Source: Spirochaetota bacterium
GTDB taxonomy: Bacteria; Spirochaetota; Spirochaetia; B11-G9
DNA: 60,168 nt
Direction: 5' to 3'
Assembly: GCA_024280415.1 (NCBI GenBank)
Contig: JAJRQE010000088.1
Location: forward strand, 1-60,168
This document shows positions 9,433-19,410 of the stretch, one piece after another; position 1 is the first letter of the stretch, and every line of letters starts with the position of its first letter. The notes under the pieces were generated by a model. The model saw nothing but the letters and a program-made list of their open reading frames with translations. It had not been told where the DNA came from and did not search any database. The position numbers and the translations under genes are program-made.

Positions 9433-10722
9433 ATGAACAGCAAATATATCCGGCTTATAACTTTGGCCAGCCTACTTATATTGATCCTTACATTTTCATC
9501 ATGCGGGAAAAAATATCTCGGATATGGAACCCTGCTATGGTCTGATAATGAAGAGATAATCCAGACAGGGAAGGTTGTGACTATAATTAGTGAATCGGAT
9601 CTTGCAGACATCTATCTGGTAAATGATGGACTTAGTGAAGAATCCTATCAAATAGACAGATGGCGAATCTCTTTTTTTGAGGAGAGGAGTGAAGCAGAAG
9701 AAAAAGCCCAGGAAATTATTGCTTATAAAACTATATTTGCACGTAATCTTAAAGATGGTCTTTTAATACGGGAACAACCGGATATCAATTCCAACAGGGT
9801 CTATAAGATGCGGAAAAATCAGGTTTTAAAAGTATACGGCAGAATGGAAAATATGAGTACAGTAGGCCAGTATGAAGGATACTGGTATCAGGTTCTTACT
9901 GAGTATGGTGTTGCAGGATACTGTTTTGACCATTATCTGGATATATTTGACAGTTCTGTCAAACCAGAAGAACAGGTTGATCCTGCACAGCTTCTTATGG
10001 AATCAGCCTTCACAGGAGTTTACTTCCCTTCTGCATTTGTGGAGATGATTGAAAAGAAGGCAATTGACCTGACACTGTTCAAACCTCAAATCGGTTTTTT
10101 CCCTGACCCGGAAAACAAGACTATTAAGATAGTAACAAATACATATACACTCTCTTTTCAGTGGGAAACTCCATCCTTATTAGACAAACGATCTTTTGAA
10201 CTTGCTGATTCGGGTCTTGAAGTAACTGTTTTTTCGGATACAAGACTCCAGGTCAGATACTATTATCAGGATAAAAAGGTTATTACAAATTATGTAGTAA
10301 TAGAGAATATAGAGGATATTATTATTGCTGAGAATGAAAGAAGAGAGGGTCTCTTCACAGCCCTCCTGGAAACAGGAACTAACTATACAAGCAGTGCATA
10401 TGGAGAAATCAACATAGGACTTGATCGAAATTTCTCATGGCGGGGATATGATCGCCTTACTCCCCAGATAATACCCGGAGGATCTGACGGTACAGGTAAA
10501 ATAAGGTTTGACAAATTTCTATCACCAGCTCTTAGAGAGGAATATACCGGAGTTATTACATTTAATCTTAGATATGGAGAGGAGTTTATTCAAATCAATT
10601 TCCTCTACTCCCTGGAAGAAAGGAAATTAAGATTAACCTATATTCCTGAAAATAATTTTGAGAATAAAATAGTCAGGAAAAAGAGTAATTCTCCAATTGT
10701 TATTGCTTTCTCTGCTGAATAG
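9433..10722 (+). CDS. lipoprotein with SH3b-like domain
   Basis: Signal peptide plus lipobox LILILTFSSCGKK. A bacterial SH3-like stretch is present (LLIREQPDINSNRVYKMRKNQVLKVYGR...GYWYQVLTEYGVAGYCF). Confidence 0.7.
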   Translation: MNSKYIRLITLASLLILILTFSSCGKKYLGYGTLLWSDNEEIIQTGKVVTIISESDLADIYLVNDGLSEESYQIDRWRISFFEERSEAEEKAQEIIAYKTIFARNLKDGLLIREQPDINSNRVYKMRKNQVLKVYGRMENMSTVGQYEGYWYQVLTEYGVAGYCFDHYLDIFDSSVKPEEQVDPAQLLMESAFTGVYFPSAFVEMIEKKAIDLTLFKPQIGFFPDPENKTIKIVTNTYTLSFQWETPSLLDKRSFELADSGLEVTVFSDTRLQVRYYYQDKKVITNYVVIENIEDIIIAENERREGLFTALLETGTNYTSSAYGEINIGLDRNFSWRGYDRLTPQIIPGGSDGTGKIRFDKFLSPALREEYTGVITFNLRYGEEFIQINFLYSLEERKLRLTYIPENNFENKIVRKKSNSPIVIAFSAE

Positions 10723-10730
10723 AGGGTTGT

Positions 10731-12659
10731 ATGTCCTTTATCCAGTTGAATAAAATTTCAATATCTTTTGGTGACAGGGATATTCTGAAAAATATAAATC
10801 TGAATCTTTCTGCTGAAAGCAGGGTTGCCCTGGCCGGAGGCAACGGATCGGGTAAAACAACGTTCATGAAGGTTATTGGAGGGATTACAACTCCGGACAG
10901 CGGGTCGCTCTCCAACAGTCCGGAGATAAGAGTATCATATCTTCCGCAATCAGGTTTGTTATTTAGAGAAAGAACCCTGGCAGATGAGGCGGATCAGGCT
11001 TTTAACTACTTCCATGACGAAGCTGAACGACTCCAGTCTCTGGAACATAAATTAAGTTTGTTAAATGAAAACGACCAAAATCTACCTTCACTCCTGGATG
11101 AGCACCATCAGCTTCATGAAAAACTGATTTCAGGTTCCTACTACAATCGTGAAGAGATGATTGCCCATGTTCTGACAGGCCTCGGATTTAGTCATACAGA
11201 TCTTACAAGAAGATGTGATGAATTTTCCGGTGGGTGGCAGATGAGAATAGCTCTTGGAAAAGTCCTTCTTGAAAACCCTGATATCCTTCTTCTGGATGAA
11301 CCTACAAACTATCTTGACATAGAAGCCAGAAACTGGCTGGAACTGTTTCTTCAAAAATTTAAAGGGGGACTATTAATTGTATCTCATGACCGATATTTCC
11401 TGGATGTCACTGTAAATGAGGTAGTAGAGTTATTTAACGGTGGATTAAAAAGATTTAAGGGTAATTATTCCAGTTATGAGAAAACAAGAAATGCTGAAAT
11501 GATTGTACTCATAGAACAGTTCAACCGGCAGCAGGAAGAAATTGCAAAAACCGAAGAATTTATTAATCGTTTCAGATATAACGCTTCAAAAGCATCTATG
11601 GTACAGAGCAGAATAAAAGCACTGGAAAAACTTGAGAGAATTGAAATTCCTGAAAATATGAAAAAAATGAATCTCTCTTTTCCTGCTCCTCCCCATTCAG
11701 GAAAACAGGTTCTTTCATTAAAAGATATCTCAAAAGCTTATGGCGAAAACAGAGTCATATCCGGTCTTGACTATGAAATAGGGCGTGGTGAAAGAGTTGT
11801 GATAACGGGAAAAAACGGCGCTGGCAAAACTACTCTTCTCAAAATTATTGCCGGGTTGGATAATAATTTCACTGGAGATGTAAATTATGGGACAGGTGTC
11901 AAAATTGCATATTTTTCCCAGGAGCAGATTAGCTTTACAAGCAGTAAAAAAACAATAATAGAGGAGGTTGAAGAAATAGCTCCTACCCCGTTAATACCAA
12001 GGCTAAGAGCACTTCTGGGAGCGTTCCTGTTTAGAAATGATGACATATATAAACCTCTGAACGTCCTTAGCGGTGGGGAAATGAGCCGTCTTGCTCTTTT
12101 GAAACTTCTCCTCTTCCCGGTAAATCTGCTGATTCTTGATGAACCGACAAACCATCTTGATATCCATTCCAAGGATGTCCTGCTTGATGCACTTAGAGGA
12201 TATTCCGGCACCCTTATTTTTGTGTCTCATGACAGATATTTTATCGAAAACCTGGCAACCAGAGTTCTGGAACTTGGAGAGCATAGACCAAAAGACTTCA
12301 AGGGAGATTATAACTACTATTTGTGGAAAATATCTGAGTCACAATTTTCTCAGCAACAACCTGAAAAAGCCGGAGAAAAGATTCTCTCCAAAGGAAAAGA
12401 AGACCATAAAGCTACTAAACAACTTAAAAACCTGGTTTCTAAATTAAAAAAAGAGAGTGACAGCCTTCTTGAAAAACTTGACAGACTGGAACTCCTGCAA
12501 AAAAGCATTGAAAATAAAATGGCTGATCCAATTAACTATTCTGACGGAGAAAAGATAAAAACTTTAAAAAAAGAACTCGATACTAACAAGCTGAACCAGG
12601 CAAAAACCGGTACAAAATGGGAAGAGATTGAGATGGAGCTGGACGGTCTGGAAAACTAA
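10731..12659 (+). CDS. ABC-F family ATPase (two ABC cassettes, no TM domain, coiled-coil C-terminus)
   Basis: Walker A motifs GGNGSGKTT and GKNGAGKTT, signature motifs FSGGWQMR and LSGGEMSR, and Walker B motifs LLLDEPTN and LILDEPTN. The architecture is ABC-F. Confidence 0.9.
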   Translation: MSFIQLNKISISFGDRDILKNINLNLSAESRVALAGGNGSGKTTFMKVIGGITTPDSGSLSNSPEIRVSYLPQSGLLFRERTLADEADQAFNYFHDEAERLQSLEHKLSLLNENDQNLPSLLDEHHQLHEKLISGSYYNREEMIAHVLTGLGFSHTDLTRRCDEFSGGWQMRIALGKVLLENPDILLLDEPTNYLDIEARNWLELFLQKFKGGLLIVSHDRYFLDVTVNEVVELFNGGLKRFKGNYSSYEKTRNAEMIVLIEQFNRQQEEIAKTEEFINRFRYNASKASMVQSRIKALEKLERIEIPENMKKMNLSFPAPPHSGKQVLSLKDISKAYGENRVISGLDYEIGRGERVVITGKNGAGKTTLLKIIAGLDNNFTGDVNYGTGVKIAYFSQEQISFTSSKKTIIEEVEEIAPTPLIPRLRALLGAFLFRNDDIYKPLNVLSGGEMSRLALLKLLLFPVNLLILDEPTNHLDIHSKDVLLDALRGYSGTLIFVSHDRYFIENLATRVLELGEHRPKDFKGDYNYYLWKISESQFSQQQPEKAGEKILSKGKEDHKATKQLKNLVSKLKKESDSLLEKLDRLELLQKSIENKMADPINYSDGEKIKTLKKELDTNKLNQAKTGTKWEEIEMELDGLEN

Positions 12660-12685
12660 AAGTTTTTTTGATATATTTAAAATGT

Positions 12686-12706
12686 ATACGCCATTTTCAG
12701 GCGTAT
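12686..12706 (+). terminator. hairpin downstream of the ABC-F gene (ATACGCC-N7-GGCGTAT), weak terminator candidate
   Basis: A 7-bp perfect stem sits 27 nt after the stop codon. No clear U tract follows it. Confidence 0.25.
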
Positions 12707-12733
12707 TAATAAACTAAACCAGGTTGGTAATAA

Positions 12734-13498
12734 TTGAGTACAACAGTAGTATCATGGAATGTAAACGGGATACGGGCAGCAGAAAAGAAAGGACTGTTCG
12801 AATGGCTTCAGGCAGAAAGTCCGGACATCCTCTGCCTTCAGGAAACGAAAGCCCAGGAGGAACAACTCAATGAGAAGTTCTTTAAACAGAAAGGTTATGA
12901 TCCATACTTTAAAAGTGCCGAAAAGAAGGGATACAGTGGAGTTGCAGTTTATACTAAGATAAAACCTCTTTCTGTTACTAATTTAAATGTGGAGAAATAT
13001 GATTCCGAAGGAAGAACCATAGTCCTGGAATACAAAAATTTTACATTAATCAACTGTTATTTTCCAAACAGTCAGTCAGAAGGGAAAAGACTCGATTATA
13101 AAATTGGTTTCAACAATGCAGTATTGGATTTATGTAATTCACTTGTAAAGCAGGGAAAAAACACAGTACTCTGCGGCGATTATAATGTTGCCCATAAACC
13201 CATAGATCTGACACATCCGAAAGCAAACGAAAAGAATCCAGGATATCTCCCGGAAGAACGTGCCTGGATGGATAAATATATATCTGCAGGCTATGTTGAT
13301 ACTTTCAGAATATTTAATACCGATCCTGATAATTATTCATGGTGGTCCTACCGTACGAATGCCAGAGCAAAGAATGTTGGCTGGAGAATTGATTATTTTT
13401 GTGTTAACAGTGCATACAGTAAAAAAGTAAAAAATGCAGATATTCTAAAAGATGTTCAGGGATCTGATCATTGTCCTGTAAGAGTTGTATTAAAGTGA
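12734..13498 (+). CDS. xth: exodeoxyribonuclease III
   Basis: TTG start. Motifs SWNVNGIRA, ILCLQETK, GDYNVAH and GSDHCPV define the ExoIII/APE family. Confidence 0.9.
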   Translation: MSTTVVSWNVNGIRAAEKKGLFEWLQAESPDILCLQETKAQEEQLNEKFFKQKGYDPYFKSAEKKGYSGVAVYTKIKPLSVTNLNVEKYDSEGRTIVLEYKNFTLINCYFPNSQSEGKRLDYKIGFNNAVLDLCNSLVKQGKNTVLCGDYNVAHKPIDLTHPKANEKNPGYLPEERAWMDKYISAGYVDTFRIFNTDPDNYSWWSYRTNARAKNVGWRIDYFCVNSAYSKKVKNADILKDVQGSDHCPVRVVLK

Positions 13499-13731
13499 AA
13501 CTGACCAAAAAAAATCTGCAGCCCCTTGTTGCGGTAGTGGGATTGTGCACTCTGGGTGGGAGTCTTGCATGGTTTATAGTTGAAATAATATTAAATACAG
13601 CCGGTATACCCTTCTCAATCAGTACAGGTAGAATAGGTTTCGATATTGAAATATTAGCCTTATATTTGAATGTTAACCCCGGAACTGTACTAGGTATGGC
13701 CGGAGGTTTTTTTGTGTTCAGAATTATCTGA
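13471..13731 (+). CDS. small membrane protein (DUF4321-like, two TM segments)
   Basis: Two hydrophobic, glycine-rich segments. The likely true start is GTG 13495, which overlaps the xth stop (GTGA). It lies immediately upstream of maf. The family assignment is tentative. Confidence 0.5.
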   Translation: MSCKSCIKVKLTKKNLQPLVAVVGLCTLGGSLAWFIVEIILNTAGIPFSISTGRIGFDIEILALYLNVNPGTVLGMAGGFFVFRII

Positions 13732-13732
13732 T

Positions 13733-14320
13733 ATGGACAAACTGATTCTTGCTTCAGGTTCCCCCAGACGAAAAGAAATCCTTGAGAAATTCAGTATTTT
13801 ATTTACAGTTAAACCATCCTCCTATATTGAAGTGTTTACAGACGAAAGTCCGGAAAAACAGGTATTAAACCTGGCCAGGAACAAGGTTTTATCACTCCTT
13901 GAATCAGACACCGTTTTCGACGGATCAATTATTCTTGGAGCGGATACCTGCATAGATCTTGACGGTAAAATTATAGGTAAACCCAGGGGACCGGAGGAAG
14001 CTGAAAAGATGCTAAATTCATTTTCCGGACGGACTCATAAAGTCATTACGGCACTTGCCCTGTATAATGGGAAAAATGGTACTTTCTGCCTTAAAAAAAG
14101 AATAACGGCTGTCACTTTTGCAGATCTAAGTACCAGAGAAATTGAATGGTATCTGAACACTGAAGAATGGGATGGAGCTGCAGGAGGTTATCGGATTCAG
14201 GAAAAAGGTTCTCTTCTGATAACCGGTATTAATGGATCCTGGTATAATGTTATGGGGTTGCCAATCAGACTGTTTTATGGCATGGTAGCCTCTCAGGGAC
14301 TGACTTTGTTCAGAACCTAA
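13733..14320 (+). CDS. maf: Maf-like nucleoside triphosphate pyrophosphatase
   Basis: MDKLILASGSPRRKEIL...GADT...GKP...AGGYRIQE are Maf family motifs. The track ORF begins at 13712, but the Maf-typical N-terminus starts at ATG 13733. Confidence 0.88.
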   Translation: MDKLILASGSPRRKEILEKFSILFTVKPSSYIEVFTDESPEKQVLNLARNKVLSLLESDTVFDGSIILGADTCIDLDGKIIGKPRGPEEAEKMLNSFSGRTHKVITALALYNGKNGTFCLKKRITAVTFADLSTREIEWYLNTEEWDGAAGGYRIQEKGSLLITGINGSWYNVMGLPIRLFYGMVASQGLTLFRT

Positions 14321-14437
14321 TATCTTCCATCGAAAGGTGAGAATAAGAGAAGGAAGCAGTACTTATACTGCAGGGACACAGGCGAATCGTTAGTTATTTT
14401 TACGGAATACCTTTGTCCAATTCTAGAGGAGGGAAAT

Positions 14438-15247
14438 TTGTCAGTAGTAGCAATGAAAAACCTACTGGAATCAGGTGTACACTTTGGACACCAGACAAAA
14501 AGATGGGATCCACGGATGAAGAAGTTTATCTTTGCCGAAAGAAATGGAATCCATATCATCGATCTTCAGAAAACCATTGTAAATGTAAGAATAGCTTATG
14601 ACATGGTTAGAGATCAGGTTAAAAATGGAAAGTCAGTTTTGTTCATAGGTACTAAAAAACAGGCACAGCAAGCCATCGAAAGAGAGGCAAAACGCTGCGG
14701 AATGTTTTATGTGAACAACAGATGGCTTGGCGGAATGCTTACAAACTTTAAAACAATCAAAAAATCTATTCACCGGCTCAAAAAAATTGAGAAAATGGAA
14801 GTAGATGGAACCTTTGAAAGTTTAACAAAAAAAGAAGTATCAAAACTCAACAAAGAACGAATCAAACTTGAAAAAAATCTTGGCGGAATCAAGGAAATGA
14901 AAGATCTTCCAGGGGCAGTGTTTATTATTGATACACGAAAAGAAACCATTGCGGTAGCGGAAGCTAAAAGAATGGGAATACCAATAGTAGCAGTTGTTGA
15001 TACTAACTGTGATCCAACAGATATTGACTATCCAATCCCAGGAAACGATGATGCAATACGAGCAATTGCTCTGTTTACCCAGATTATTTCAAATGCTGTA
15101 ATCGATGCTGATAATGAGGTTGGAATCGAGATGATTGAAAATATGCATGATGAGTCAGAAGATTACGATGAACCCACGAAATCTGAAGTAGCTGAACCGA
15201 AAGCAGTAGAGGAGACAGCACCTCAAGGAGAAGCAAGTGGAGATTAA
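14438..15247 (+). CDS. rpsB: 30S ribosomal protein S2 with acidic C-terminal tail
   Basis: TTG start preceded by [32 protein letters not shown] is the canonical uS2 N-terminus. Confidence 0.95.
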   Translation: MSVVAMKNLLESGVHFGHQTKRWDPRMKKFIFAERNGIHIIDLQKTIVNVRIAYDMVRDQVKNGKSVLFIGTKKQAQQAIEREAKRCGMFYVNNRWLGGMLTNFKTIKKSIHRLKKIEKMEVDGTFESLTKKEVSKLNKERIKLEKNLGGIKEMKDLPGAVFIIDTRKETIAVAEAKRMGIPIVAVVDTNCDPTDIDYPIPGNDDAIRAIALFTQIISNAVIDADNEVGIEMIENMHDESEDYDEPTKSEVAEPKAVEETAPQGEASGD

Positions 15248-16079
15248 AGCAGCTGAGGTAAAGAAACTCAGACAGAAAACTGGCGCTGGTATGGTTGACT
15301 GTAAAAATGCACTTGTTAAAGCAGAAGGTGATCCGGCTAAAGCAGAAAGATTCCTGAAAGAACTCGGTCTTGCTGCAGCAGAAAAACGAAGCGGAAGAGC
15401 AACTAATCAGGGATCAGTTTTTACAAAAATCAAGGAAAATGAAGCTGTTATTCTCGAAGTTGGCTGTGAGACTGATTTTGTCGCAAACAACGAAGATTTC
15501 GCTGTTCTGGGAAATGATCTGGCCGAACTTGCTTTAAAAACCGATTCCATTGAACCAGACGATGAGATGAAAGAAAGAGTCACAGAAACGATTAGTACAA
15601 TCAAGGAAAATATTTCTCTTAAACGCTTTAAAAAAATCAAAATTTCTGACAATGAAATTGTTGTGGATTATATTCACGGCGGTGGATCTATTGGTATTCT
15701 TGTAAAATTCCAGTCTGAAAAAAAAGAAGCTCTTTCTGATAACAGAGTAAAAGCTCTGGCATTTGACTGTGCCCTGCATATTGCGGCATATAATCCTGAA
15801 TATCTTTCCAGAGCGGATATACCTTCAGAATATGTAACGGAACAGGAAGAAATCTTTACTGTTCAGGCAAAAAATCTGGGAAGACCGGAAAAAGTACTGG
15901 AAGGGATTGTAAAGGGTAAAATGAATAAACATTTCGGAGAAATTTGCTTTCTGGAACAGGCTTTCGTAAAAGATGACAAGCAGAGTGTGGAAAAAGTTCT
16001 GAAAGCTTTATCAAACGAGATAGGAAGTAAAATAACTGTGACTGAATATATTTATTACCGGGTAGGTGAAGAAGTTTAA
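15237..16079 (+). CDS. tsf: elongation factor Ts
   Basis: GTG start overlapping the rpsB end. [19 protein letters not shown] is the UBA-like N-terminus of EF-Ts. Confidence 0.95.
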   Translation: MEIKAAEVKKLRQKTGAGMVDCKNALVKAEGDPAKAERFLKELGLAAAEKRSGRATNQGSVFTKIKENEAVILEVGCETDFVANNEDFAVLGNDLAELALKTDSIEPDDEMKERVTETISTIKENISLKRFKKIKISDNEIVVDYIHGGGSIGILVKFQSEKKEALSDNRVKALAFDCALHIAAYNPEYLSRADIPSEYVTEQEEIFTVQAKNLGRPEKVLEGIVKGKMNKHFGEICFLEQAFVKDDKQSVEKVLKALSNEIGSKITVTEYIYYRVGEEV

Positions 16080-16095
16080 ACAGTATTTTTAAAGA

Positions 16096-16125
16096 ACCGC
16101 TGTCTTAATGACAGCGGTCTCTTTT
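16096..16125 (+). terminator. rho-independent terminator after tsf
   Basis: ACCGCTGTC-ttaat-GACAGCGGT is a 9-bp stem, followed by CTCTTTT. Confidence 0.7.
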
Positions 16126-16180
16126 AATAGGAAAAATAAAACAGAGGAATGACTAAAAGCTTTTTAATAGGAGATATTTT

Positions 16181-16735
16181 ATGAAAACTGTGTTAAGCAA
16201 TGCTGAATCAAAAATGAAAAAAAGTGTTGAAGCCCTGGAAAGAGAGTTTAGTTCTTTAAGAACCGGCCGGGCATCAGCTGCTCTTTTTGATAAAATAAAA
16301 GTTGAAGCATATGGACAACCTACCCCCCTTGCCCAGGCGGCAACAATTTCTGTTCCGGAAGCAAGACTTGTTGTCATTCAGCCATGGGATAAAGGTCTCC
16401 TTGGAGAAATTGAAAAAGCAATTCAAAAATCTGAGTTATCGGTTAATCCCAATAACGATGGTAAAGTTATTCGAATAAATATACCTCCTCTAACGGAGGA
16501 ACGTAGAAAGGAACTCGTAAAAGTAGCTAAAAGCAGTGCTGAACAAAACAAGGTATCTATACGAAATATCCGGCGTGAAGCAAATGAAGAACTTAAAAAG
16601 CTTAAAAAAAACGGTGAGATAAGTGAAGATGACGAAAAAAAGGCAGAGGAACAAATCCAAAAACTTACTGATACCTACATAAAAGATATCGGCTCCATTC
16701 TTGAACTTAAAGAAAATGAGATTATGGAGATCTAG
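16181..16735 (+). CDS. frr: ribosome recycling factor
   Basis: 184 aa with LRTGRASAALFD, typical RRF length and motifs, and an upstream AGGAG. Confidence 0.95.
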   Translation: MKTVLSNAESKMKKSVEALEREFSSLRTGRASAALFDKIKVEAYGQPTPLAQAATISVPEARLVVIQPWDKGLLGEIEKAIQKSELSVNPNNDGKVIRINIPPLTEERRKELVKVAKSSAEQNKVSIRNIRREANEELKKLKKNGEISEDDEKKAEEQIQKLTDTYIKDIGSILELKENEIMEI

Positions 16736-17431
16736 TTGGGTACTAATCTCAAACATATTGGTATTATTATGGATGGAAACGGCAGATGGGCCACCATGCG
16801 TAAACTCCCAAGATCTGCCGGTCATAAGCAGGGAATAACAACAGCAAAAAAAATTATTAAAGAAGCTATCAGACTGGGAATTCCATGTTTAACACTCTAC
16901 GTTTTTTCTACAGAAAACTGGAAAAGAACCCGTTCAGAAATCGGTTTTTTGATGAAGTTAATAATTTATCATATGAAAAATGAAGCATCTTTTTACCGTG
17001 AGAATAAAATAAGAGTAAGGCATACCGGAAATATCGAAGGTCTTCCTCCTGAAGTACAGAAAGAGATACTTAAATCTATTGAGAATACAAAAAATTATAA
17101 TTCAATTACGGTAAATTTAGCGATTAACTACGGCGGCAGAGATGAAATTATAAGAGCTGTAAATAAATGGTGCAGAAGTACAAACTATTCTCAGGATCTG
17201 CTTAAAGAAAAAACATTACCCAAATTCCTTGATAACCCCGACTTACCGGATCCTGATTTAATAATACGATCTGCCGGAGATATGCGTTCGAGTAATTTTT
17301 TATTATGGGAAAGTGCATATTCAGAATTTTTCTATTCTGATAAACTATGGCCTGAATTTAATGAGGCTGATCTTAGAACAGCTGTAAGCAGTTACAATAA
17401 ACGGGAACGTAAATTTGGAGGTCTAAAATGA
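16736..17431 (+). CDS. uppS: undecaprenyl diphosphate synthase
   Basis: HIGIIMDGNGRWA and FSTENWKR motifs. The TTG start abuts the frr stop. Confidence 0.93.
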   Translation: MGTNLKHIGIIMDGNGRWATMRKLPRSAGHKQGITTAKKIIKEAIRLGIPCLTLYVFSTENWKRTRSEIGFLMKLIIYHMKNEASFYRENKIRVRHTGNIEGLPPEVQKEILKSIENTKNYNSITVNLAINYGGRDEIIRAVNKWCRSTNYSQDLLKEKTLPKFLDNPDLPDPDLIIRSAGDMRSSNFLLWESAYSEFFYSDKLWPEFNEADLRTAVSSYNKRERKFGGLK

Positions 17432-18264
17432 ATCAGCTCACACAGAGATTGCTTCTGTTTTTCCTTGGTATCCCCATTCTTATTGGTATAATTTTCTTTC
17501 TTCCTATGTATAATCATCTTGCCTGGAATACCTTAATGATCCTAGCATCAGTTGCAGGGGCATCTGAATTATTTAGAATGCTTAACAAAAAATTTAATTC
17601 TTCATTACGTAAATTCCCTTTTGCCGGGGCATATCTCCCTCTGGCAGCCTACATTGAGATCTCCGGTTTTACCCTTCCAGGATTCACAAATCTTGTTTTA
17701 ATAATTATTATCAGCTTTATCTTTACAAGAGAAGTTTTTCTTAGGGATAAAAATAATATTGAAAAAGTCATTCACCGATCAATATCATCAATTTCAATAT
17801 TAGTATATCCGGGATTATTTATGATATATACTATTAAAGTATCGGTATTCCCGGAAGCATCCTATCTTATACTGCTGTTTCTTGTACTGGTATTCACAAA
17901 TGATTCAATGGCCTTTGTCGGCGGGTCTCTTTTAGGAAGAAAATCAACAAAACTTTTTCTGGTAAGCCCCAATAAAAGTGCTGTAGGATTTTTAAGCGGT
18001 ATATTTTTTACTGTAGCAGCAGGAAGCATATTTAGAATTATTTTTCCTGTTGATATAAGCTTCTGGCAGATGATTATTCTTTCTACTGCGAGTGCCTTAA
18101 GTTCAAATGCCGGAGATCTTGTTGAATCTGCCATAAAACGTTCAGCAGATGTGAAAGATTCGGGACATTTAATGCCCGGACGAGGGGGTATTCTGGACTC
18201 TATCGATTCTATTATGTTCAGTGCCCCCCTCTATTATTACATTTTAGCAGTTATTTTTGCTTAG
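17428..18264 (+). CDS. cdsA: phosphatidate cytidylyltransferase
   Basis: Multi-TM protein with the CdsA C-terminal signature SAIKRSADVKDSGHLMPGRGGILDSIDS. Confidence 0.9.
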   Translation: MNQLTQRLLLFFLGIPILIGIIFFLPMYNHLAWNTLMILASVAGASELFRMLNKKFNSSLRKFPFAGAYLPLAAYIEISGFTLPGFTNLVLIIIISFIFTREVFLRDKNNIEKVIHRSISSISILVYPGLFMIYTIKVSVFPEASYLILLFLVLVFTNDSMAFVGGSLLGRKSTKLFLVSPNKSAVGFLSGIFFTVAAGSIFRIIFPVDISFWQMIILSTASALSSNAGDLVESAIKRSADVKDSGHLMPGRGGILDSIDSIMFSAPLYYYILAVIFA

Positions 18265-18272
18265 GAATAAAT

Positions 18273-19409
18273 ATGAGGAAAAAAATAATTATTCTGGGTG
18301 CAACAGGTTCCATAGGTCAGGGAACCCTGGATGTTATCCGACAAAATAAAAATTACTTTGAAATTACTGCACTTTCTGCTCATTTAAGGGAAGATGACCT
18401 CCTCTTGGCTGCAGAAGAGTTTGGAGTTTCAAATCTGGTACTGTCCGGAATTAAATCAGAAAACCCTAAGATTAATTATTCAGGAACAAATAGTATTTCT
18501 AAAATGCTGAAAGAAACTGAAGCAGATATAGTTGTTAATGCAGTTGCAGGATCAGACGGACTCATACCTTCTGTTGTATCCCTTCAAACAGGCAAAGATC
18601 TTGCTCTGGCAAATAAAGAAACTATTGTAATGGCGGGCAGGTTAATACTGGATCTCGCAGAAAAAATGAATAGAAAAATAATCCCTGTTGATTCGGAACA
18701 TTCCGCAATTTTTCATCTTCTGGAAAACAGGGATCCCAGTACAGTTAACGAGATAATACTAACTGCTTCGGGAGGGCCTTTCAGAACAAAACCTCTCCAG
18801 GAGTTTGAGGGAATAACTCTGGAGGATGCCCTAAAACATCCTACATGGGAAATGGGTAAAAAAATCAGTATTGATTCTGCAACAATGGCGAATAAAGGTC
18901 TTGAGGTTATAGAGGCTCATGTACTCTTTTCCATAAATCCGGATAGAATAAAAGTACTTATCCATCCTGAAAGCAGAGTACACTCCCTGATACGTACAAT
19001 GGATTCATCGATGTTTGCACAGATCAGTGATCCCGATATGCGGGTTCCAATTGGAAACGCCCTCTTCTATCCGGAACAGTTTCATACTGCATTCGGCAGT
19101 TTAAATCTGGCAGATACTAACCTTACATTTTTTAAAGTAGATTTCATGAGATATCCATTACTCGAACTTGCATTTACTGCAATCAAAAAGGGCGGATCTT
19201 ATCCCCTTGCATATAATGCGGCAAATGAAATAGCAGTCGATTACTTTATGCAAGGTAGAATAGGATTTAATGACATTTCCGATACAGTTTTGAGTGTACT
19301 GGAAAATGAGTGGACTAGCATATCTGATTCTTTTGAAAAGGTTCTTGAAACAGATCTGACAGTAAGAGAAAATACAATTAGATATATAGAAAAATCAAAC
19401 AGGAATTAA
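18273..19409 (+). CDS. dxr: 1-deoxy-D-xylulose 5-phosphate reductoisomerase
   Basis: ILGATGSIGQGTLDV, LANKE, PVDSEHSAIF and HPTWEMG motifs. Confidence 0.95.
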   Translation: MRKKIIILGATGSIGQGTLDVIRQNKNYFEITALSAHLREDDLLLAAEEFGVSNLVLSGIKSENPKINYSGTNSISKMLKETEADIVVNAVAGSDGLIPSVVSLQTGKDLALANKETIVMAGRLILDLAEKMNRKIIPVDSEHSAIFHLLENRDPSTVNEIILTASGGPFRTKPLQEFEGITLEDALKHPTWEMGKKISIDSATMANKGLEVIEAHVLFSINPDRIKVLIHPESRVHSLIRTMDSSMFAQISDPDMRVPIGNALFYPEQFHTAFGSLNLADTNLTFFKVDFMRYPLLELAFTAIKKGGSYPLAYNAANEIAVDYFMQGRIGFNDISDTVLSVLENEWTSISDSFEKVLETDLTVRENTIRYIEKSNRN

Positions 19410-19410
19410 A

